Below, piece after piece: positions 11,073 to 19,594 of a DNA stretch of 20,539 nt. The notes beneath the pieces are model-generated. The model made no database searches. It was given only the letters and a program-made list of their open reading frames with translations, and was not told the origin of the DNA. The position numbers and the translations under genes were made by a program. The DNA comes from Zygophlyctis sp. KS116 (taxonomy: Eukaryota; Fungi; Chytridiomycota). The DNA is taken from the NCBI GenBank assembly GCA_054661495.1, contig BAAFSQ010000176.1:1-20539 (forward strand), read 5' to 3'. Positions within the stretch are counted from its first letter, which is position 1; each line of letters starts with the position of its first letter.

Positions 11073-11075
11073 TTT
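11070..11075 (+). terminator. RNA polymerase III oligo(T) terminator of the 5S gene
   Basis: T6 run at the 3' end of the 5S coding region. Confidence 0.8.
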
Positions 11076-11184
11076 ATATTTTTACATCTTTGAAAGATTA
11101 GTTATTTTACAATTGAGCTATTGCTACTAGTGAAGAAGCATTTATTTTTCGCATTAATTAAATATTTTGCATACATTGAACATC

Positions 11185-11194
11185 TTTCGCGTTT
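11185..11194 (-). promoter_or_regulatory. Candidate SCB/E2F-like element AAACGCGAAA upstream of DCTN2
   Basis: TTTCGCGTTT on the + strand, ending 6 nt before the ATG at 11201. Confidence 0.4.
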
Positions 11195-11200
11195 AAAAAA

Positions 11201-12232
11201 ATGACAATTCTGAGCAAATATGCTAATCTTCCTGATGTAGATGTGGATAGTCCAGACACTTTTGAGAATCATGTCTTGTCTCATCCATCAATTGAACCTC
11301 TAGCTGATGATCCAAATGTAAACGTAGAAACAGCACCGTTAAATATGAAATCTGCGACCGATACTTTCAAGGCAAAGGAGAAAATGGCTGAAAATCCGTT
11401 TATTTGGAATAGTGAATCAAAGGCTCAAAGGTTGCACTTTCTATCTTTACAATTGTATAATCTACGTGAACAATTTCAAGAGATCTCACTAGAGGAAGAT
11501 ACTCAGAATTCATACTTGTCTAAAATAAGGAGTTTAGAATCAGATATTCAAGCTGCAATGTCATCTGCAATAGATGCAAATAATAATTCATGGAATGTCG
11601 TGAATGGGGTGGAAAGTCTTTGTGATTCATTGTCTAAAGAGCCTTCGAAAGCAGAGGGACCGATAGTATTTGAATTATATTCAAAGCCAGGGAAAATTAC
11701 AGACTCTGATCAATTTATTGAATTGGAATCTCGTGTATCAATGATGGAAAAGATCTTGGGTGCAAGTATTCATCAGCCTCATACGGATTTGAAGGCTCTA
11801 AATATTATTAATACTCTAGAAAAATTAAACTCTCAGATTGGAATTTTAACTGACACGGATATACAAAATCAGACAATTAAGAGGTTGGAGAGTTTAAACT
11901 TGGATGCAAAAATGGACCAAAATTCTGAAAAATTGGATTTGATGCATGAGTTTCTAAACTCTGAATATGTGGCAATGGTTCCTCAAATACTTTCACGGTT
12001 GGTCACACTTAAAAAAGTCCATGATAATTCTATACAAATGGTTAAAAGGTTTAAAGAGCTTGAGGAAACGGTAGAACTGGATCATCAAATTATCAATGAT
12101 GTTCGCAAAGATATGAGCACTTTTGAAAATGTTATCAAGGATAATTCAAGGGATATACAGGATAATATTTCAAAAATCATGGAGAGATTTAAAAAACTAG
12201 AAATAAGAATTCAAAAGCTTTCATCTGTTTAG
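11201..12232 (+). CDS. DCTN2: Dynactin subunit 2 (p50 dynamitin), no intron detected
   Basis: N-terminus SKYANLPDVDVDSPDTFE resembles dynamitin KYADLPGI...PDVYE; also ESKAQRL, IVFELYSKP, ELESRVSMMEKILG, VPQILSRLVTLKKVH and a C-terminal coiled coil. Confidence 0.85.
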   Translation: MTILSKYANLPDVDVDSPDTFENHVLSHPSIEPLADDPNVNVETAPLNMKSATDTFKAKEKMAENPFIWNSESKAQRLHFLSLQLYNLREQFQEISLEEDTQNSYLSKIRSLESDIQAAMSSAIDANNNSWNVVNGVESLCDSLSKEPSKAEGPIVFELYSKPGKITDSDQFIELESRVSMMEKILGASIHQPHTDLKALNIINTLEKLNSQIGILTDTDIQNQTIKRLESLNLDAKMDQNSEKLDLMHEFLNSEYVAMVPQILSRLVTLKKVHDNSIQMVKRFKELEETVELDHQIINDVRKDMSTFENVIKDNSRDIQDNISKIMERFKKLEIRIQKLSSV

Positions 12233-12254
12233 TCAAAATAAAAGTTTCTTGTAA

Positions 12255-13471
12255 TTAGAGTGATCGCTTATATATTCTAAGTTTTTAAATTAAATAAAAC
12301 AAACCTGTTCATAAAATCATAAAACATTTGTTTGGGCAAGATTGAATCATCAACCTTTTCAATCAATTGTGATATTCTAGAATAACTTTCCTCTTCGTAT
12401 TTACGATAAACATCTTCCAATTTAAGATTTATGTAGACAGATTTTACAATTTGAACCTTTTCTGGATCCTTATGACCATAATTCGAGTCTAGAATCTCCC
12501 GCTGAGATGCATCAGCTCTTGCCAATGCTTGAACAATCAACCAAGAACATTTATTATCCTCAATATCCGTTCCAATCTTTCCTATAACTTCTGGAGACCC
12601 ATAACAGTCTAAATAATCATCTTGAACCTGAAAATATTCACCAAGAGGAAGAAGAACATCCCGTGCCTGTTCAAAGGCCTTTGAATCCGTGATTTTAGCC
12701 TAATTTAAGAAATATTAAATCCTACCATATGCATTGCCAAAGCTATTGGTAGATAAAAAGAATAATAAGCAGTCTTGAATTCCACTATATAAGAGTGCCT
12801 AAAGATTATAAAAACCTAAATTACTTTTCAATTGAAAAACGAGACAAATCAACTTGACCTTCTGGAGCAGTAATCAAATCCATCAACTGCCCCAATTCCG
12901 TTTGATAGGTAACTTCGTGAAACAAATCCAAAAGATCAACATAATAAGATTCTTGTCGAAAATATTTTTTTAAAAGCCGATAAATGATTGATTCCAAGAT
13001 AAATCCATCATTGATCGCAATCATTCCTACATCACTTTTCCGATACCAGCACGGCTGTCCTCGTCTAGTGATTGAAGAGTCCATAATATCATCTGCGACC
13101 AAGAAAAATGCCTGAAGCAGTTCCACTGACCAGCCGAGAACTTGCGCTTGCGTTTTCTGAGCGGGCGAAACATTTCCCTTGAGAATAGAGCAAAGCGCAG
13201 ATAAAACCGTTAATCCTCTATTCATTTTGCCACCGACAACAGTATATGGCAGCATATTTTCAATCCATTTCATGCCCTGAGGAGGTAATCGATACTGAGC
13301 AATATCTTCCTTTACATCTCTCATCAAAACATCAAAAAAATCAGAGAATTCCTTTTTCTCATTTGCTAATTTGGACATGGAAGCGGTTTGAACACTAGGA
13401 GTAGATGATAACATTGATAAAGAAGCCCTTTTCTTTAGTACAAAATTAATAAATGAGCTTGCTTTAATCAT
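12255..13471 (-). CDS. ERG20: Farnesyl diphosphate synthase (~378 aa from the first ATG, 4 exons)
   Basis: GGKMNRG, first Asp-rich motif FFLVADDIMDSSITRRGQPCWY, GQLMD, KTAYYSFYLP, second motif FQVQDDYLD and GKIGTDIEDNKCSW. Introns 12799-12824, 12700-12725, 12277-12304; ends RIYKRSL*. Alternative starts at 13414 and 13378. Confidence 0.95.
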
Positions 13472-13491
13472 ATCGGGCTAGGAGCTACAAC

Positions 13492-14566
13492 TTAGTAATG
13501 ACGGCCCATGACCTGCTTTGTAAAATCATCAAAGGTCAAATCATTACTTAGAATCTGATCAACATTTGGTTGAAGAAATACTGCAAAAGTATTGCGAGAA
13601 ATATTTGGGCAACTACTAGATTTAACCTTTTTTTTAGTATGATGATAAAAATACAAGATGAGGAGTCGCCATTAATTTCCCTCTACTTGCAACTTGAGCA
13701 GCTTCACCCAGCTGAAAAGCCAAACAATCAGTAGGAATATTAACTTTTACCATTTTTCCATAACGATCCTGTACATACAATCCCGCGTCTTTAAGAGAAT
13801 GATTTGAGAAAATAGAATCATTTGGATCCAATGGCTTTCCAATTCCAGAATTTTCATCCATAAACATTGCACAAGTTAATCCAGTCAATAAAGAATGATC
13901 AAGATGTAATCCACACCAAGAATCCACTTTATCATTCTCGATTAATCCTTGACTTGGAAAATAATGAAGTAATCTAGCCTTACAAGTTTTAGAGTCTGAA
14001 ATAGAATTTTCCAAGAGATTACAGGGATAATCCGAAAATAATTTTGATAAATGAAGATCACAATGATACGCAAGTTTCTTTCCAGTATCAGCAATTAACG
14101 TTCCCAAATCTTTAAATGAATCTTTAAACTCTGGCAACTCTTTTGGCCAAACATTAGGATAACCATATTCTGGGAATTTTTGTACATACTCTAGAGGTTG
14201 TTGAGGATCATCAAGAGTTGGGTTATTATAATAGGAACCTTTAGAAATATCCATTACACCATTCATTCTTTCCTTTCCATGAGACCATCCAAAGAGATAC
14301 GATGATTGAATATGTTCATATTGAGCCTTAATTTTATCTGGAAGTTCAGCAAATCGAGACGCTAAAACTAGTAATTTCTCCCTCTTTATCAAATAATCAG
14401 GGATTCCTCTAATCAGAATTAGTCCAAGAGAGTCTTGAGTTCCAAAAGCACTTGTAATTTTATCTTGTAAATTAGAGCAAGGATTACAGAGATCATTATA
14501 ATCAACAACAACCTAAATATCAGCATAATATCGTACAGGAGACGCAATTTCGTACTCAAAAGTCAT
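13492..14566 (-). CDS. 2-oxoglutarate/Fe(II)-dependent dioxygenase (IPNS-like fold), substrate unknown (~340 aa)
   Basis: ATG 14566; introns 14513-14536 (24 nt) and 13627-13654 (28 nt). Motifs GWSHGKE, RLLHYFP, WCGLHLDHSLLTGL (HxD), ATPHLV (distal His) and RNTFAVF (RxT). Confidence 0.88.
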
Positions 14567-14594
14567 GGCACCATCACCGACACCTTTAACTGAA

Positions 14595-15103
14595 ATGAGC
14601 ATCAAGAACTTTGCAGAAATCCCACTGTCTAAACAGAGACCATTCCAGCTCCCATCGTTTTCAGTCATCCCTCCGCAATGGTTGAAATCGGTGCCTTTGG
14701 TCGATTATGGTAATTTCAATTGAAATAATGATCAGCTAATAGAATCAGACTACTGAATCTATGCATTCCAAAGTATTTTGGCATCGTTTATCTCCTAATC
14801 ATTATTGTTATAGGATCGATCTTATCTTACATCTTTAACAGTATCATGCCATATCTTTTTCTTGAAACATTATACTTGTTTTACTCTTTTGTTGCTGTAA
14901 AGAGAGCTAAAATGAAGATTAAGGAATTAGAAAATTCTTGGACAAGTATGGATTTAGTTTGGAAGATTGATATTTCATTCTCCTTTTTTCTAAATATGTA
15001 TGGGCATTTAACTCTAATAGAATATAATCAGACCTGCCCTGATACGATCCAAATAAAGGTTCATACATCCTTTGATAAGGGAAGAAGAATAGATAAAGTC
15101 TAA
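14595..15103 (+). CDS. Hypothetical membrane protein (~160 aa), possibly Golgin A7/Erf4-like
   Basis: ATG 14595; intron 14710-14735 (26 nt) joins in frame to ORF 14846-15103. It has a central hydrophobic hairpin preceded by FSVIPPQWL...DYANRIRLLN, loosely resembling the Erf4/GOLGA7 pattern (weak). Confidence 0.6.
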
Positions 15104-16031
15104 TACAGAATATTTCTACCATGTACGAGATAAGTATCAGGAAATGATTTACAAACAAGAGTCACATTGGTTGGTTTTCTATAATAATTTTGAATAAAAC
15201 TTGTATACTGAAACAAGTGTACTGTTTGCCTAATGATTATTAAATTCTAAATTACGTGAAATAATTCCAAGATATGATTGAACGATCTAGTCTTATCATG
15301 AATAGTGCAACATCATATCCTCCCATATAATTTTTTGTATTCTTCCAAAAATTTGGTTCAATTATATTACTAATAAATGATTTGAAATCAGTATTTGAAA
15401 CTGAATATAATGAATTTCCATTTATATGATTTAGATAAGAAGATTCAATGTCATCAGATCCTCGAATTATACTTCCACGAACCCAAAAACCTCCAGGGAT
15501 TTTAGATTCATTAATTAATGCATCGATCCATCCCTTTTTACAAGGTAGCACATCTGCTTCCATATAAAAGAAATATTTATAATTTTGCATCCAATTAGTT
15601 TTAAACAATTTGAAAAACATTCTAGCGGCTGATTCAGGATACAAGTCTTGAGAGTCTAATAGTCCTGCATTAAGAAATTTAATTGCATTAAAGCATTTAG
15701 AGACATTCTCAAATTTATAAATTCTTTCACGAAACATTCGTACCAAATGTCCGGATCCTTTTGTAAAATCTTTATGGAAATAGAATACAAGATCTATTTT
15801 AACAGGGGTGTCTGATATGCATGGAGAGTAAATATTCCAATATTCAATGTTTTGCAGTAAAGTTTCGGACTCCCAAGAAGTAAATGGTATCACAATCGCT
15901 AGTGGATATACATATTGCCTATTTAATGTCATCAAATCGGATTGATTATCTGGATGATCATGAGTCCAGAAATGCAGTTTAATAAGAACAAAGAGCAGTA
16001 CAATGAACGCAAGCAAGCGACGCGATTTCAT
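15100..16031 (-). CDS. Type II membrane glycosyltransferase-like protein (GT-A-like), family uncertain (~301 aa)
   Basis: Short basic N-tail plus signal anchor (MKSRRLLAFIVLLFVLIKL); YFFYMEADVLP (ExD after a hydrophobic strand); HINGNSLY; C-terminal YLVHG. Intron 15230-15255 (26 nt); stop TAG 15100-15102. Confidence 0.65.
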
Positions 16032-16059
16032 ATTTAAACCTAAAACTGTTGCCGTTCTA

Positions 16060-17864
16060 ATGACTTTGGACGCTGCGTATGAAGAGTTTCAAAATATAAA
16101 GTTAAACTTTGCATTGGATGCTGATCCGAGAATGCCTCTTGGATGTATTATAATTCATCAGGAAAATCTTATTGCCGGTGCAGATCATTTATCTGGGACT
16201 ATTTTCGTTTGGCCGTTAATGACTATTGGGATCGCAAATACCTTGAAATCAAACAGAATATTAAAAGGCCATCAAGCGCATGTGACGGCTCTTTTGGATT
16301 TGGACGATCGTTTTGCATCATGCTCAAAAGATGGAACTGTAAGAATTTGGAAAGATTTAAATTGTGTATTTATATTCCAGAAAAGCCATGGGCTAGAAAA
16401 ATATCCAACATCTCTGGCTGCATATTATAGACCGGATTCCAAGATTCCAATCATTTTTTCAGGTGGGACGGATGGATTGATTGTTGCTTATGATCTTGTT
16501 AAGAAAAGGGCATCAAATATCACAGGAGGGCATTCAGGTTGGATATTGTGTTTAGCTTGTAAAAAAGATGGTCCGTTTTTATTTAGTGGTTCTACAGATT
16601 ATACTATAAGGCTTTGGGATTCAATGACTCTACAGTATTTGTATTCGTTTCAAGGTCACTCTGATTCGATTTATTCTCTATGTTCTTTTGAAAATATTAT
16701 AGTTTCTGGAGATCGATCAGGAAAGATTAGAATTTTTGATGTATTCACTGGTGAATGTTTAAATGTTTTTGAACAAGATTCAGTCGTCAATTCTCTTCAG
16801 GTTTATAGGAGAAATAAAAGAATAAGAGTTCTTTCAATGGGTCAGGGAAACTTTTTAAATGAATGGGATATTTGTAGTCTTGAATTGAATCGTGTAAATA
16901 AGTATCATTTTGGTACTATAAGATCAAGCTTGATATTTCAAGGTTGGCTCATTACCGCTGCAAGAGATGGTGCAGTAGGGATTTGGAAATTAACAAAAGG
17001 TATTTTTAATTTTAAGTAAATCTAGATGATATGAATGAATCCTCTAATTCTTGGAAAATAGTGACTAACGAAAATTCGTACAATTTTATTCCAGAAACAT
17101 GGTTTTCCATGAAGAATGAGTGGAAAATTATTCAAAAAGCATTTCAAGAGCAGGCTCAAGCAAATTTAGACCTTCAGGATGAAATTAGATATTTGAAAGC
17201 AGATATACTTAATATGGATTCTCAACCTGTACAAAGTCTTGATGAAGATACTTTAGAATCAAATCAGATATTTACGTGTATAAAGGATATTTTAGATTTA
17301 CAATTAAAGAATGCTTCTCATCAATTGGTAAAGTCTGCAATCTTGCTAGATGAGATTAAGCCTTTTCTAAATAGTGATGCAGATTATAAGGACAATATCA
17401 CGACTATATTACATGATGAATCAACCTTTCAAAACGAAATAATGCCTTCAAGTGACAATAATAGCTTGGGCAAAAGTTTAGCACAAGATTCAGTCAAGTA
17501 CCAAGGCTCTACAGAAGTGCTGTTGAATGAATTATCATACTCCTCATCTATTCCATTAGTTCTTTCTGCTTCGACTTGCTCTGAAACTGATAGGTCTGAT
17601 TTTTCAGATTCATATGATGATTTGACATTATATTATGGTTCTAAGAGTTACCAGGAAGAAAATAATTTCCTAAATTCAGATGATGATCAATCTTCTCCTC
17701 TAGATATTTCATACATGACGAAAACCAATGAAACAGATGTAGTCTTGATTGATTCAAACGAAAAGTATAAAATATCTTCAGAGGATATTCTTTTCAGCAA
17801 CTGGTCAAAAATTGATAATTGTTCTGCTGCCACGAACCGAGGAGAATTATGTCTAGATTTCTAA
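16060..17864 (+). CDS. WD40-repeat protein with a coiled coil and acidic/Ser-rich C-terminal tail (~592 aa)
   Basis: Several GH...WD-type repeats (GHQAHV...SCSKDGTVRIW, GHSGWI...SGSTDYTIRLWD, GHSDSI...SGDRSGKIRIFD). Intron 17000-17025 (26 nt) fuses ORF 16003-17019 in frame to ORF 17031-17864. Start 16060 is preferred because 16003 lies inside the divergent neighbour. The 3' end is uncertain. Confidence 0.72.
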
Positions 17865-18085
17865 TGGATCTTTGAGAGGATACCCACAAAGATCGCTTAA
17901 TTTCAGCTCATGTAAATTTCCAACACGGTTCAGCATGGGCACATTGCAATTTTGAATATGATTAAGTTTGGAATCTCCAGCTGGTTGGGTTTCAGGTAAT
18001 ATTAATAACAAAAATGGATAGATTCTATTCTTCATTAGTTCTAGTAAGTAAACCCACAATTTGCTAATTATTTTGTAAAAAATGC

Positions 18086-19192
18086 TTAAATTGCAACATT
18101 TGAACCTAAATATTCTTGAAGAATTCTTTCTGACTTGTCCGAAAACGGCTTGTATCCTTGAATTTTAACTTTTAAAAGAGAATTTCCATAACTTTTAGGA
18201 CTTATAAACAAACATGCAATTGCTAAAACTATCAAAACAGACTCTTGACTCCAATCCAATGTACTTGAAATTGGATTAAAATGAATCTGAGGCCACCATT
18301 TTACCCTATCTCCAAAATCATAATTAGAATCTTTTAAAAGCTCAATCAACTTTAACCACATCCATATTTCTCCTGAATTATAATCCAATCTTTCTACTAA
18401 ATAGTCTATAGCCTTTTTAACATTTCTTTGTTCATAAAAAACCACCAATTTCTTTAAAGAGTCTGTATATCTCTCTACTGGATTTAAAATCAATATTTGA
18501 TTAGCAATTTGAATCCATTCCTCCCCATCATCAACTACAATCTCGCGACTTTCTAAATCAGAGTTTAAAAACAATCTTCTAGCAATATTCAAATCATTTG
18601 GTCTTGTGCTAAAAGCAGATTCTAAATATTCCTTGTAAAACTTAAAAGATTCTTTAGAATTCAGTAAATCCAAATAATAATGTTCAAATAGCGATAACGG
18701 TAATAATTTTAGAGACTTTTCAAAATGCAATCTAGACTTTATAGAATGAGATTCCTGTAAATAAGCATGGGTTTTAGACTCTTGTAGAGCCATTAGTCCC
18801 GCATAACCTTGAATTTCCGCATTTTCAACCAGAGGATAAGAATCAAATTCCGATTCTAATCTTTCGTAAACTCTTGCTGCTAGAGATGAATCCATAGACA
18901 AGAGCAATAATTCCCTTACTAATTGATCGTCCATAAAATCTTTTGAAATTTTGAATAAATAATTTACAATCTGTTCATTTTCCACATTAAAAATCCTAAA
19001 AATCTCAACATTCCAAGGCCAAGACTGTTTAATATTGTATTTTTGGTTTAAAACCATCAAAATTTGAACAATACTTTTCTGGTCTAGACAAGGCCATTGA
19101 CATTGATTCCAAGCGGTTGATCTTAGAATGAATTTTATATTATTTAGATGCTGTGCAGCGATATTCTTGAAATTTGGTTCAGAATATTGCAT
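18086..19192 (-). CDS. Probable RNA polymerase I initiation factor subunit TAF1A/Rrn11-like (TPR-like helical protein)
   Basis: C-terminal ERLD...W.WL...DRVKWWPQIHF resembles the TAF1A R..WWP..HF motif, and the sequence looks helical and TPR-like. A possible terminal intron (18064-18097 GT-AG, or 18064-18094 GC-AG) would move the stop to 18025. Confidence 0.6.
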   Translation of the reverse strand: MQYSEPNFKNIAAQHLNNIKFILRSTAWNQCQWPCLDQKSIVQILMVLNQKYNIKQSWPWNVEIFRIFNVENEQIVNYLFKISKDFMDDQLVRELLLLSMDSSLAARVYERLESEFDSYPLVENAEIQGYAGLMALQESKTHAYLQESHSIKSRLHFEKSLKLLPLSLFEHYYLDLLNSKESFKFYKEYLESAFSTRPNDLNIARRLFLNSDLESREIVVDDGEEWIQIANQILILNPVERYTDSLKKLVVFYEQRNVKKAIDYLVERLDYNSGEIWMWLKLIELLKDSNYDFGDRVKWWPQIHFNPISSTLDWSQESVLIVLAIACLFISPKSYGNSLLKVKIQGYKPFSDKSERILQEYLGSNVAI

Positions 19193-19254
19193 TCAGAGCC
19201 TAGGCGGCTGGTTGTGTTGCAGATTTGTAGTCTGGTTGGGTTATAGCAAGAGGC

Positions 19255-19296
19255 GGCGCTCAAGAGTAGGCGCTCAAGCGTAGGCGCTCAACAGTC
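19255..19296. repeat. Three tandem copies of a 14-bp GC-rich unit with core GGCGCTCAA
   Basis: GGCGCTCAAGAGTA / GGCGCTCAAGCGTA / GGCGCTCAACAGTC starting at 19255, 19269 and 19283. Confidence 0.9.
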
Positions 19297-19306
19297 GGGT
19301 TGTAAA

Positions 19307-19594
19307 ATGGATTTAATCTTAAAAACTCAAAAATCATTATTCAAGGATTCTAGACCACTTTTAAATTCTATTCTTGCCCAGTCTTCCTACTATCCTCCTG
19401 ATATTTCAGTGGTTAAATTAGCAAAACAAGATAAACGTCTGGATAATCTAAAATTAAAAGATTTTAAACTTTCTGAACAGATTCTTGCTCAACAAAGATT
19501 ACTTAAAAGAGGAAAATCAATTAGAGTTGATATTGTTACTGGACCATTAAAGATTCCTGAAAATACAAAGAAATCAAAATCTAGAAAACGGTAA
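19307..19594 (+). CDS. Small basic protein, probable mitochondrial ribosomal protein mS33 (Rsm27)
   Basis: 95 aa and very basic; a YYPP motif followed by E.......L.KRGK and a Lys/Arg-rich tail, as in the mS33/Rsm27 family. Confidence 0.5.
   Translation: MDLILKTQKSLFKDSRPLLNSILAQSSYYPPDISVVKLAKQDKRLDNLKLKDFKLSEQILAQQRLLKRGKSIRVDIVTGPLKIPENTKKSKSRKR

Noticed and set aside
2253-14536. All 8 introns with length divisible by 3 contain an in-frame stop (NMD-visibility bias, as in Paramecium)
   Set aside because: Ascertainment bias: without transcript data I can only detect introns that break the ORF, so stopless 3n introns would be invisible.
14919-15158. 79-aa minus-strand ORF
   Set aside because: It is out of frame with the GT-like last exon, antisense to the + strand membrane protein, and has no motif.
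12255-16031. ERG20 + dioxygenase + GT-like gene as a terpenoid biosynthetic cluster
   Set aside because: There is no terpene cyclase, P450 or pathway regulator, and ERG20 looks like the housekeeping enzyme. Adjacency is expected in such a dense genome.
2170-16430. Short ORFs 2170-2394, 2936-3118, 4511-4843, 5823-6020, 7912-8100, 8278-8493, 9597-9842, 10632-10820, 11102-11284 and 16143-16430
   Set aside because: They are antisense shadows or alternative frames of well-supported genes.
19255-19296. CRISPR-like or telomeric interpretation of the 14-bp repeat
   Set aside because: There are no unique spacers, the unit is too short, there are only three copies, and the location is internal in a eukaryotic genome.
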